From: Selaginella moellendorffii
Lineage: Eukaryota > Plantae > Lycopodiophyta
NCBI RefSeq assembly: GCF_000143415.4
Contig: NW_003314395.1
Span: 62,001 to 126,000 of the forward strand
DNA length: 64,000 nucleotides
Direction: 5' to 3'
The number at the start of each line of letters is the position of its first letter. The stretch's first letter is position 1. Position numbers and translations under genes: made by a program. Under the pieces are notes generated by a model, which saw nothing but the letters and a program-made list of their open reading frames with translations, had not been told where the DNA came from and did not search any database. Of the stretch, positions 1 through 10,543 are shown piece by piece.

Positions 1-128
1 CATTAGTGCTGAATTCATCCAGTCCTTCTTCGCTTGCATGTGAGTCTTGGGTGGAAGCTTCAACCTGGATCAAATTACTGAGCAAAGCACAATTGTTTCA
101 CGGACATAGTTAATGACAAACCAAACAA

Positions 129-1563
129 TCAAAAGAATGCTCCAAACCTCTGGCCTGGGCTTGCACCAGTGCTGCTGCTGTTGCTACCGCAACTGGTAAA
201 TTTTGTCACCAGCATGTTGCCCAAGAACCTCTCCATCACACCGCTGGGCATGCAGAGCGCCACCTTTCGCTCCCGCCCTCCTTTAGCAGTGGGCAGGACG
301 AAAGCAGTGCCGTCTCCAAACCATACCTCGGGGACAAGCGTGTAGTGAACCTGTTGCCCCCAACCAAAATCGGTTTTGAAGATGGGAAACGTGTGCATGG
401 TGGTGCAGTTCACATCCCTGCCGGCATAGTAGTCCACGTTAAACGCAAACTCAAGGCCTTTCCGGCGCTGGATTTCCATCCAGTCGACAGCTGATTGGAT
501 GTATTCGCCACTGATCTTGGCAATGTCGTTGTGGATGAGCTTTGCGGCGAACGAGATGTGGTGGGACTTGATATCGCCGGCCCTGGCCGGGAGGGTCGCC
601 AAGTGGATGGCATTTCCAAAGTAGCTCATCGGGACCGGAGGGTCCTTAAATCGCTTGTTGCCCCTGCAAGACACCGGGTACATGTACCGCGTGGTGGCAT
701 CGTTGGGCAGCTCGCGAGCCTCGGTGATGGACTTCCAGATAAGAGCCGAGAGAGCCACGAAGCTGCTGGCCCGGCCGAAGCCAAACGGGCCAGCCTCGAC
801 CTCGTGGACGAGCGCGTCCATGCCCGATGAGCTGACGGTGATGGTCTTCTTGCGATAAGTGGAAGCCGCGTCGACGATCTGGTAGCCGAGCTTCTCGGCG
901 GCGACATAGTCCCGCATTGGAATGGTCACCCTTGGTGGGTTGCGGGCTTGGAACAGCTCCGCATGGAACAGCGGTGGGGTGATTGCCAATCCCCGGTGGA
1001 TCCGCGACCAGGCATGGAAGAATTCGGACACGGAGTAGCCGTCTGCTACAGTCTCACACAACGCACCGCCTAGAGTAATGCCACCACAGCCAAAACGCGT
1101 AATCTACATATAAACATCGATCAGAGTAGTTCTTCCTATACTTCACACCTGGATTTGCAGCGTGGGCGAGTTGTCGCAAAACCTGTCCTGGGTGTTGAGT
1201 TGCTGCTCGATGGAGCAATCGTCCAAGCTCTGCCAGTCATCAAACCTGGCATCGGTGGAGGCCACCCGGAGCGGAATGCCCGCGTCGTTGCAGTTGACTT
1301 TGGGGGGAGCCATCGGTACCAGCTTGAACTCTCCCTGCAAACACAAAGTAGTGAGTGAGGGTGAGCGCTAGGGAGCGCTTGAGCTTGGCAACGGTGGCTT
1401 CAAATGGTTGTGGAGCTTGTGGTGGCAAGTAGTAGTGCACGAAACTGGAATAGAACGAGGAGCTTGCTAGGAGATCGACGTTCGAAAGGGATTTCCAGCA
1501 GGGCTGTGGAGTTGGAGATGCGGGTGTGACATTGTGAATGCGGATTAGGGAGACGGAGGCCAT
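129..1563 (-). pseudogene. BAHD acyltransferase (2 exons), with a +1 frameshift and a catalytic His->Glu substitution
   Basis: DFGWG motif, YFGNA, 'HYFVFAGR' and 'VNCNDAG'. A 45-nt GT-AG intron at 1104-1148 follows the conserved Q. HxxxD reads ETVAD. The frame changes at the G6 run 1302-1307 (could be a sequencing error). Confidence 0.75.
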
Positions 1564-1809
1564 TGCAGCTCATGGGAAAAACTTGGTCTCGCTTGGAGAT
1601 TAATAGCATTGAACTTCCCACGAGATGCATGCCGCTCCGTTGGTTACTGTGGTGTATTCACGTAATTCAGGTTTTTAGACTCTCTCAATTTCACGTTACC
1701 AACGTTACTGGTTTGTAATCCAGGTTGGAGAGTCAATCTGTGAATGGAAGCAAGGATCAGAAGGTGAATTGAAGCAACAAGTTGACTGGGGAATTTAACT
1801 GTTAAGGAT

Positions 1810-2094
1810 ACGGAGGAGATCTGCGCGCCATCGCTGGATCACACGAGTTCTAGCAGCAGTACTAGTACTTCCATGGCGGAATCTTCTTCGTGTAGCACTA
1901 GCACCACCGCGGCCAATTCTTCTTCTTCCTTGGAAGAGGAGCATCACGTCTAACGAGATCATTCCAGGGAGAAAGAAACAAAATTTTAAAGAGTGTTTGG
2001 AATTTGTTTCCCGAAAAAAAAGGTGGCCTTTTTTTTAATAGCTTTGATGTTTTGAGCCAAAGAATCTTGTTAGAGTCAATCGCAAAATCAAATC
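1810..2094 (+). repeat. Orphan direct duplicate of the 3' end and 3' flank of the C2-domain gene (about 3372-3684)
   Basis: Near-identical 'gatcacacgagttctagcagcagtactag...gagcatcacgtctaacg...gagccaaagaatcttgttagagtcaat' at both positions. Confidence 0.9.
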
Positions 2095-2727
2095 GCACTA
2101 TCTTTTGTCGAAAATTCTGTGAATATACCTTTTCGTATATGTTTGTCCTGCCCGTGTACACTTTTCCCTTCGTCGATTAGATTGTATTGTGAAATGGTTA
2201 AATTTTGAGATATAAGCATACATTACAGCATAACTTTTGTGAACATTCTAGCCATACAATTGAAAGGTTATTGCATAATTCACTCCTTTAGCCACTTATA
2301 GTCAATCAAAATAATTCTTTATATTTTATTTTGCAGCCACATGTCATTACGCGCTATTGAGTGGTTTCTAACAAACACTAATACTGGAGACAATTTTATT
2401 CCCGCCGCTAGATTATAGACTATCCAATGGCTACAGATACTCTTTAAAAACATCGCACATATTCCATTTCGTTCTCCAGTCCAGATCCTTTTCTCTTTTT
2501 TCTCTCGTTGCTTTTGCCTTTGGATGAATCGGTCGATGATCAATTCCGCTGGGATGGTTGTTGCGAGTGTCTGATCGCCGCCTGCAGAAGCTCTGATCTC
2601 GCAGTACCAAATTCGCTCCGGAGTCGTCGTTTCCTTTCCTCGTAGCATTCATTCTCCAACGTCCCAAAAAGGCGGCATTCCTTTGGACGTTTTGCAAGGG
2701 CTCTCTCCCTTTTCCACTCCGATCATC

Positions 2728-3516
2728 ATGAAGCTCATCGCAAAGAGCTCGTCGAGTCTCTCCATCTCCAGCTCCAAGGATCGCGTCTCCCCAGGCAAGG
2801 AAAAGCAGCAGAAGAGCAACAACAGGAAATCCAAGCAGCCCAGGACGAGGGCGCTCGAGTTCTGCATCATCTCCGCGCAGGATCTCAAGAGCGCCACGAA
2901 ATTCGGCCGGATGCGCAGCTACGCGGTGGCGTCCATCTATCCCGATCGCAAGGTGAGCACCCGGATCGACTGCGAGGGCGGCACCAATCCCACCTGGGAC
3001 GCCAAGCTCGTGCTCGAGGTGGACGAGCGCGTGTTGGTGGGCGACGAGGACGACACCCACACGCAGCTCACGATCGACATTTTCAGCCGTGGATCCCTCC
3101 GCGACAAGCTGGTGGGGACGGTCAGGATCCTGGTGTGCGACGCCGTGAGGGGGGAGAGGAATATGCGCAGCATCGTGAATAGATTCCCGGTGGCCTCCTA
3201 TCTCGTCTTCCGGCCCGGGGGGTGCCCGCAGGGGATTCTCAACGTGTGCATCCCCCCCGGCGGGAGATTCCCGGAGAGATTCGACTCCATATCCTTCAAG
3301 CGCGGCGAAGATCTTCGCGTCATGGCTTCTTCGCTCAAGCCGGAGGAGATCCTCTCGCCACCGCCGGATCACACGGAGGAGATCGTCGCGCCATCGCCGG
3401 ATCACACGAGTTCTAGCAGCAGTACTAGCACTTCCATGGCGGAATCTTCTTCGTGTAGCACTAGCACCACCGCGGCCAGTTCTTCTTCTTCCTTGGAAGA
3501 GGAGCATCACGTCTAA
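2728..3516 (+). CDS. C2-domain (SRC2-like) protein
   Basis: 'LEFCIISAQDLK...YAVA...TRIDCEGGTNPTW...LRDKLVGTVRI'; ATG at 2728; Ser-rich tail. Confidence 0.85.
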   Translation: MKLIAKSSSSLSISSSKDRVSPGKEKQQKSNNRKSKQPRTRALEFCIISAQDLKSATKFGRMRSYAVASIYPDRKVSTRIDCEGGTNPTWDAKLVLEVDERVLVGDEDDTHTQLTIDIFSRGSLRDKLVGTVRILVCDAVRGERNMRSIVNRFPVASYLVFRPGGCPQGILNVCIPPGGRFPERFDSISFKRGEDLRVMASSLKPEEILSPPPDHTEEIVAPSPDHTSSSSSTSTSMAESSSCSTSTTAASSSSSLEEEHHV

Positions 3517-3677
3517 CGGTTAGACGTGATCATTCCAGGATGAAAAAAACAAAAATCAAAGAGAAATAGTCTTGTTTGGAATTCGTTTCCCGAAAAAAAT
3601 GGCCTTTTTTTTATAGCTTTGCATTACTTATTGCTGTGAGCCAAAGAATCTTGTTAGAGTCAATAGCAAAATCCAAA

Positions 3678-4388
3678 TCAAATCACCCATCCATCCAGCC
3701 GCCACAAAGAATTTATTACTGATTTACCACTATCCGAGAGTCCTCCTGGAAGACTTGCTACTATCCCTCCTGGAAATGATACTCGTTCTCCCGATTCTTC
3801 TTCGGTTTCTTCGGCCTCGAACTTCTTGAAAGAAGGAACCGCCTCCAGCTGAGTGCCGTGAATGCTCTCCACTCTCTTGAAGCTCAAGAAATCCAGGCGT
3901 TTCGGAAACACACCGCCGGGAGCAACGCAGACGTTGAGCATGCCTTGCGAGTCGCCGTCCGGAGTGAAAACCAGGTAGGAGCTGATCGGATACGGCTGGT
4001 TGGAAGGCTTGACGGCGTCCACCAGCGAGATTCTCACAGTCCCCACGAGCTTGTCCCGCAGAAACCCCGGGCAGAAGATATCAAACGTGAGCTGCGAGTT
4101 GCTATCCTCCTTGAAAGCCGCCTCTTCCACCTCTAAGCTCAGCTTCTCCTGCCATGTCGGCTCCGTTATCCCCTCGAAATCGGTCTCTGTCTTCACTTTC
4201 TTGTCCGCGGAGACGTAGGCCACGACGAAGCAGTTCATGTCTTTGCGGACTCTTCTGAGCTCCTGAGCTGAGATCACATAGAACCCGAGCAGCCTAATCT
4301 GCGGCTGCTTGTTGCGTCGCCTGATCCTTGGAACTGGCTGAGACTCCCCCATCTTGGAGAAACACGCTGTGAGCTTCTTCGCTAGCAT
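3678..4388 (-). CDS. C2-domain (SRC2-like) protein, convergent paralog
   Basis: 'VISAQEL...TETDFEGITEPTW...LRDKLVGTVRI...SYLVF' is shared with the neighbouring gene. Confidence 0.85.
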   Translation of the reverse strand: MLAKKLTACFSKMGESQPVPRIRRRNKQPQIRLLGFYVISAQELRRVRKDMNCFVVAYVSADKKVKTETDFEGITEPTWQEKLSLEVEEAAFKEDSNSQLTFDIFCPGFLRDKLVGTVRISLVDAVKPSNQPYPISSYLVFTPDGDSQGMLNVCVAPGGVFPKRLDFLSFKRVESIHGTQLEAVPSFKKFEAEETEEESGERVSFPGGIVASLPGGLSDSGKSVINSLWRLDGWVI

Positions 4389-4758
4389 GAACTACTTGAG
4401 AAGCCGATTGCTTGCCCTCTACTCTCTACTCTTTTGAAGCCCTTCCTCTTGCTCGACACAGCCGCCGCTGCCAGTAGAACCGAATGAGACGAAGGTATCC
4501 TTATGTAGGCCAGTACAGAGACGGGGTCCAATAGGGATTCCACCTGCGTGTCGAGGATTGTAAGCTATTATAAAACGCAACCAAGTAGCGTTAGACACAA
4601 ACAATACCTCCACGCGACAGTTCATGGAACTTGCGGTGCAATAGTTTTTTTATGATCTGCCACTGTTCGTCCCTGCCGGTCAACAAACGAACGCTTCCCT
4701 TCTGGTCTGCGGAGGAAACGAGTCAAAGACAGAAGAAAAACGTGTTGCTTACCTGTTT

Positions 4759-6972
4759 TCACCGCTTGTTTTGCTGTAACGTTCGGATAATCTCGGGATC
4801 CACATCGGCTCCAGCCTCAAGTGCCTCCTCCCAAATCTCCATCGCCTGGTCCATCTTTTCTTCGGCGACAAGCTTTGTCAAGAGTAAGCTGTACATGAAT
4901 GGTGTCGGAGAGCATCCCCGTGACTTCATCGCCTGGAAAAGCCGGAAGGCTTTGTCATGCTCCGCTGACTTCCAAAATCCATCGAAAACTGAGTTGTAGG
5001 TGACCGTGTCTGGCAGGCATCCGTCACTTTCCATGACTTCTAGCAAATGTATTGCTTCGTCCAGCCTGCCAACCTTGCAGAGCTTGTCGACGAGCACATT
5101 ATACGTAACCACCGTAGGAGCGCAGCCTGTTTGCTTCATCAACTTGTAGAGCTCGTAAGCCTCGTCGTAGGAATCGGACTTGCATAGTCCATCGATCACG
5201 CTGGTGTAAACTATAGCGTCTGGCGTCACGCCCCTTTCCAGCATGGTCTTCAGCAGCATGCAGCCGTCCCTCACGCGAGCAGACTTGCAGAGCTTGTCTA
5301 TGACAATGCTGTACGTTATCACCGTGGGCACGCATCCCTTGTCAAGCATTTCCGAGAAGAACGCCAGTGACTTGTCCAGCTGGTCTGCCTTGCAAAAGCC
5401 GTGGATGAGGATGGTGTAAGCCACCACATCTGGAGCACTCCCATTTCTTTCCATCTCCCTGAGTAGCTTCTCGGCATCATCCAGTCTTCTCGACTTGCAA
5501 AGTCCGTCAATGAGGGTGCTGCACGTTACGACGTCCAAGAAGTAGCCCCCGTTTCTAAGAACCTCGTACACCTCGTATGCCTCGTCGACTTGGGAAGCTT
5601 TGCACAAGCCAGAGACGATCGAGTTGTAAGTCACCACGTCGGGAGGACAGCCTGCTTCGGTCATGCGCTCTAGAAGCTGCCGAGCATCGTCAATCCTGTT
5701 TGCCCTGCAGGCCCCGGAGATCATAATGTTGTACGTGTATATATCCGGGAGACAGCCACGATCGGTCATAAGCTGGAAGAGCTCGTAGGCGAGGTCGAGT
5801 TGGCCGACTTTGCAGAACATATCGATCATCAAATTGAAAGTGAAGTGGCTCGGTTTACAGTCCCTCCGAAGCATCATCTGTGCCAGATTGAAAGCGTCAA
5901 TATACTTCCCAGACTTGACGAGGCTGTCCATGAGTGTGTTGTAAGTAATGAAGTTTGGCTCGCAGCCATACTTGACCATCTCTTGCAAGAGCTTGGCACC
6001 GTCTTGCGGTCTCTCTTGCTTGCAATACCCGTCGATGAGAATGTTGTACGTAAAAACGTCCGGCGAGCACGAGTTCTCCAGCATCTGGTTGAAGAGCACG
6101 ACCGCCTCGTCCATGTTGCCGAGCTTGCAAAACCCGTTGATGAGCGTGTTGTAAGTTACGACGTTGGGAGCACAGCCAGCCTCGATCATATCCTCGAGAA
6201 TGAGCGAGGCATCGCTTATCCTGGCAGACTTACACAAGGCGTCGACGAGAATGGTGTAAGTGATGACGGAGGGAGCGCAGTGGCGTTGCATATCCCTGTA
6301 GTGGACGAGCGCACTGTCGACCCTTCCATTGTCACAGAGTCCCTTGATGATCGTGTTATAGACCGCATTGTGTGGAACGATCCCTCTCTTCTCCATCTCA
6401 TCCAAAAGCCTGTAAGCCTGCTGGAAATCCCGGGCCTTGCAAAACCCATTGATCAAGGTGCTATACGTGATGCTGTCCGGAGAACACAATCCACAAAGGT
6501 GATTCTTGAAGAGGTCGTAAGCCTCCTGTGCCTTCTTCTTCCTCACGAACGCGCTGAGGAGGCAATTGCAAGTGAATTTCGAGTGCTTGTATCCTGGCTG
6601 CCCCGTGCACCAATCGAAAAACTTGATCGCCTTGTCCAGATCGTCCAGCTGCTGGAGCACCCTTCCCACCACCGATGGCACCAGGTAGCCCCCGAATTCA
6701 CACAGCCGCCTCCTCGCGAGCTCGAAATCCTCGCTGCTGTCTAAAACCCTAAGGAATTCCTTGGCGGCCTGGGCGTAGAAGATGCCAGACTTGGAGCTGG
6801 CACTGGCAGCCGCGAATTTCGAGGTGTGGAGCTTGAGATCGGGCTCCACTTCCCTGGTAGAGTGCCGCGGACTTACCCCGAGAGAGGATGCAAGGCAGAA
6901 TTTGGGCGGTGGCCTTCCTTTGCTGGTGGATGGAGCGGTGACACCAGCCGGAGCGCCCAGCGCTGTCGCCAT
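4759..6972 (-). CDS. P-class pentatricopeptide repeat protein with a putative organellar transit peptide
   Basis: Intronless 737-aa ORF with many 35-aa repeats (PDVVTYNSIVSGLCK...) and an S/A-rich N-terminus. Confidence 0.95.
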   Translation of the reverse strand: MATALGAPAGVTAPSTSKGRPPPKFCLASSLGVSPRHSTREVEPDLKLHTSKFAAASASSKSGIFYAQAAKEFLRVLDSSEDFELARRRLCEFGGYLVPSVVGRVLQQLDDLDKAIKFFDWCTGQPGYKHSKFTCNCLLSAFVRKKKAQEAYDLFKNHLCGLCSPDSITYSTLINGFCKARDFQQAYRLLDEMEKRGIVPHNAVYNTIIKGLCDNGRVDSALVHYRDMQRHCAPSVITYTILVDALCKSARISDASLILEDMIEAGCAPNVVTYNTLINGFCKLGNMDEAVVLFNQMLENSCSPDVFTYNILIDGYCKQERPQDGAKLLQEMVKYGCEPNFITYNTLMDSLVKSGKYIDAFNLAQMMLRRDCKPSHFTFNLMIDMFCKVGQLDLAYELFQLMTDRGCLPDIYTYNIMISGACRANRIDDARQLLERMTEAGCPPDVVTYNSIVSGLCKASQVDEAYEVYEVLRNGGYFLDVVTCSTLIDGLCKSRRLDDAEKLLREMERNGSAPDVVAYTILIHGFCKADQLDKSLAFFSEMLDKGCVPTVITYSIVIDKLCKSARVRDGCMLLKTMLERGVTPDAIVYTSVIDGLCKSDSYDEAYELYKLMKQTGCAPTVVTYNVLVDKLCKVGRLDEAIHLLEVMESDGCLPDTVTYNSVFDGFWKSAEHDKAFRLFQAMKSRGCSPTPFMYSLLLTKLVAEEKMDQAMEIWEEALEAGADVDPEIIRTLQQNKR

Positions 6973-7089
6973 AGCGCAGCAGCTCCACCAAGAACCCTAG
7001 CTTTTGAGTGGTAAGAATAAATTTGAATTTCTGGATATGCTTTTTTTCGCTCGCTTGGCTCCTCTATTTTCTTTTCTCGGAGAAGAAAA

Positions 7090-8510
7090 CTACGTGTCTC
7101 CGGAGCCAAGATAAACTCCCAAGTAGATGAAATGGTCCTCGATACTATTGCCAGACACGGACCTGTGAAGATAGAACAATGAATTGGATCGAGCGTTACA
7201 AAATCAAAGAGAAGTTTTTGCCTGCTACAAGTTGGATCTTCGCCAGAGCTGTCACAAACTCGCTCATACTCGAAGGTGAGAATTCCTATCGACAGAGATG
7301 TGATCCACACCTGAGAAAACGAGCACCCAGCAGAAGATCCACGAAGCTTTTGGGAAGAACTTGGGAAGTACCTCTCTTGCGAAGTGATGGTAGCTTCGAG
7401 CTCCGAGGAAGGAGAGATATGGAGGGAGGTGCGGAACCATATCGTGACCGTGAGTCATTCGTATCGCTCTTGGCAAGTGCTTGCTGAAAAACTTTGCGAA
7501 GACAGTGTTGCCGAGGCGTGGCTGTCCAAACGTGACTATCTCTACATCGTCTGTGGAAACTTTGTAATTTACCTGCGTTCTTGGTGAGATCTCTCTAGAA
7601 AAAAATGATAGAGACGAGGGACTCACAATGAGATCGAGTGCGCAAAACGAGGCAAGAGCTCCTCCCATGGAGTGGCCCGTCACCATGTACTTCAGCCCCT
7701 GCCGCGTTTGCTCTATGTAACTTATAGCTGCCATTATGCTTGCTCGCATACTGGTGTTGTGATAAGCCGAGTAGAAACCATGGTGGACCTTCACAAAGGA
7801 TTTTCCAGGAGTCAGAGATTCAAACATCCAAGTATATCAAACCCTGGCATCCTTAGTTCCGGGATAGTTTAAATCGAGCTCCTTGAAATACAAATCCTCC
7901 ATCCAGTTTGCCATGCTACACAACTAGACATTTATTATACGAAAAAGACAGAGAAGATTTTACCTGTTTTCTTGAGTTCCTCGGAAGGCAATCACAATAG
8001 CATGTAGACTCTCGGATACACCAACAAATGCCTGAGGAAAAAAGAAAAGAAAAATCTAGAGATGTTTTTAAAACTCTATCTTACTTGCCTGTAGACAATG
8101 TCGAACATCCACGACAAGAGCTGTGACATGAAAATCCTGGAGATCCGATCAATCGACTGGAAACACTGTAGAAGCGATAGACTTACCTTTATCACACCGT
8201 TGCAACGCGAGCAATTCCACTTCAGCAAGGAGGCTGAATCATCTAGATACACCTTAGAGGAAAGAAGACGAGAAAAAAAAAGTTAAAAAAAGCACTCGAG
8301 AAGGATTTCAATCCAAGTGCCTACCGCTGATGCATAGCGGACCATGATCTTTGCGAGCGTCCGATTGTAGTACCGAAAACTCAAGTTATCTCCAACGACA
8401 AACTCTGCGAGAAGTAGTTTTTACGAAAGTCACAAAAAAAACTAAAGGTTCTTACCTCGTCCAACAGCAGCGGTGAGGCACGAAAGCAATAGAACCACAG
8501 CTAGTTTCAT
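7090..8510 (-). CDS. Secreted class-3 lipase (multi-exon)
   Basis: Signal peptide MKLAVVLLLSCLTAAVG, 'IVIAFRGT', GHSMG nucleophile, 'TFGQPRLGN', 'DMVPHLPP', and last exon 'SVSGNSIEDHFIYLG'. Needs two GC-AG introns. Confidence 0.9.
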
Positions 8511-8874
8511 CACACCTTTCTCTCAATCCATCTTCACCCAATGCAATCCGGAACTAAAGAAGAAACCAAAGAAGAATGCAACGAAACTCATCCATTTCTT
8601 CTTACTTGGCAAGGAGCAAGCATTTGTCTCAAGACAAATGCTGCCAGTTTGGCACGCGAGCGCCACGCCAAAGCGATGATCCCCCTGCGCAAGACGTGAT
8701 CCCGGGCATTGCGCAGAATACCTAGAACTCACTGCGATCACTGCGAGCTCTCACGGACCTCGCCGCCGCGGGATCAGAGCCACCCAATCCGCTACCAAAC
8801 AGCCAACAAAATCCCTAGTTCTTTATAGGAAAAAAGTTAAAAGTAGATTTGCTTAGTAAGAATCTACGACTAAT

Positions 8875-8946
8875 GGGCATTTGGTCTAGTGGTATGATTC
8901 TCGCTTCGGGTGCGAGAGGTCGCGAGTTCGATTCTCGCAATGCCCC
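8875..8946 (+). tRNA. tRNA-Pro(CGG)
   Basis: GGGCATT acceptor stem pairs with AATGCCC; anticodon arm CTCGC-TT-CGG-GT-GCGAG; TTCGA T-loop. Confidence 0.95.
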
Positions 8947-9104
8947 CCCTGCTTGTCAGCTCGACAAGTAGCATCCACGCGGAAGCACAAGCTCTCTGTA
9001 ATCAATTCTTTGAGAACATCTGGATCGAATCTTTGTTTGCTTGCTGCAATTGTGGTTTTGTTTCCTTCCCTGCTCCGAATCTCTGTTTGATCGTGCTCGC
9101 TGAG

Positions 9105-9752
9105 ATGAGTCTCCGGCTCCTACTGCTCGATTCACCAGCGCCGCGACTGTCCAGCTCAAAGCCTCCGCCTCAAAAACCGCGGTCAAGGTCAGTAGTTCTT
9201 CGATCGATTCGTCCCCGGGCCTCTTCGTCCGCGTCATCGGCCGCAGGGGACTTCGATTCCAACGATGCGAGTCCCAAAGAAGCTAAAGACGCAGGCTACA
9301 AGTCTCTGCTGGTGGCAATGGGCGTCCCTCTAGCCGCGGGATCACTGGTGGCAGCATTCAACAGGCCGGATGAGTGGTACTTCCAGCTCAAGAAACCGTC
9401 GTGGACGCCTCCGGCCCCAGTGATTGGATTTGCGTGGAGCCTCCTCTATCCTCTCATGGGCGCCGCGGCCTGGCTAGTGTGGAGGAACGGGGGATTCGAA
9501 GAACAGCGATCGGCGCTCACGATCTTTGGCGTTCAGCTGGGGTTCAATCTCCTGTGGCAAGTCGCATTCTTTGGGCTGCGCAATCCGGCGCTTGCGTTCC
9601 TGGACATATCCATCTTGGTTCTGCTCGTGGGCATTTGCGTTTGGGCATTTGGGAAATCCAGTGCCGCAGCTGCAAACGCGATGAAGGTGTATCTCCTGTG
9701 GGTGGTCTTTGCTGCTGCTCTCAACTACAAAATCTGTGCACTCAATCCATAA
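9105..9752 (+). CDS. TSPO: TspO/MBR family translocator protein with a transit-peptide-like N-terminus
   Basis: 'WYFQLKKPSWTPP...WSLLY..MG.AAWLVW...QL.FNLLW...FFG...YLLWV.FA.ALN'. Confidence 0.9.
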   Translation: MSLRLLLLDSPAPRLSSSKPPPQKPRSRSVVLRSIRPRASSSASSAAGDFDSNDASPKEAKDAGYKSLLVAMGVPLAAGSLVAAFNRPDEWYFQLKKPSWTPPAPVIGFAWSLLYPLMGAAAWLVWRNGGFEEQRSALTIFGVQLGFNLLWQVAFFGLRNPALAFLDISILVLLVGICVWAFGKSSAAAANAMKVYLLWVVFAAALNYKICALNP

Positions 9753-9761
9753 AAGATCACA

Positions 9762-9783
9762 TCTCTCTCTCTCTCTCTCTCTC
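9762..9783. repeat. (CT)n microsatellite
   Basis: tctctctct run in the TSPO 3' region. Confidence 0.9.
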
Positions 9784-9805
9784 ATCATATTTTCCTCGAG
9801 TAAAC

Positions 9806-10202
9806 TTGGTGATCTTGAAAGAACTTAAAACAGATGGATCACATCCCCTTCTCTCATCCAAAACTAGAAAAATTAATCAAGATCACATTTGCCAACACTG
9901 GTGATATTGAAAGTACTCAAAACAGATCCCCCTCTCTCATCCAAAACTAGAAAAATCAATCCTGGGTGATCTTGAAAGAACTTGAAAGAGAATCCAAAAC
10001 CAAACAAGATCACATTTGCCTCAGTATTGGAACACTGGAGTAACTTGGGTGCTCTCTTGGCCAAAACTAACACTGGAGTAACTTGGGTGCTCTCTTGGCC
10101 AAAACTAGAAAGAACAAAGATCACAGTTCCAATGAGTCTTGGCCAAAACTAGAAAGAACAAAGATCACAGTTGCCTCATTGGAACTCTGGAGATCTTGAA
10201 AG
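9806..10202. repeat. Modular degenerate minisatellite
   Basis: Recurring modules GGTGATCTTGAAAG, CCAAAACTAGAAA and AAGATCACA(T/G)TT, plus a 38-nt direct repeat at about 10032 and 10071. Confidence 0.8.
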
Positions 10203-10205
10203 ACA

Positions 10206-10277
10206 AGGAGGCAACCAGATTTGAACTAGTGACCCATTGAACTGCAGCCAATTGCTCTACCAGTGAGCTATACCTCC
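10206..10277 (-). tRNA. tRNA-Cys(GCA), divergent
   Basis: Minus strand reads GGAGGTA-TA-GCTC-ACTGGTA-GAGC-A-ATTGG-CT-GCA-GT-TCAAT-GGGTC-ACTAG-TTCAAAT-CTGGT-TGCCTCC-T; all stems pair, with some G-U. Confidence 0.8.
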
Positions 10278-10543
10278 ATCTCAAACAAACAAACAACTAA
10301 CATAGATCTTGCAGGAACTTTTCTGCGTTAAAACAAAAGTGGACTAGGCACGTATTTCTCTTTGGATTCAATGACCCACATTGTCTCTTTTCGTCAAACA
10401 AGATCATGAGCGCCTGTGGAAAACAAACAAACCAGCATTCATTCATGAGCACATGCCTAGTGTGAGCGAGCTAGTAGCAGTCAACCAAAGCGCGTCCATA
10501 CTTCTCATATAGGGTTTATGGATCCTCTGGCTTGACGAAGAAG

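Noticed and set aside
2431-3510. 359-aa antisense ORF (also 5800-6744, 12644-13429 and 27294-28109)
   Set aside because: Shadow ORFs of GC3-rich genes on the opposite strand.
8910-9104. N-terminal extension of TSPO in the ORF track
   Set aside because: Begins at a non-ATG codon inside the tRNA-Pro; ATG 9105 is the plausible start.
10030-10172. CRISPR-like 30-38 nt direct repeats
   Set aside because: Only two copies each, with no regular spacers.
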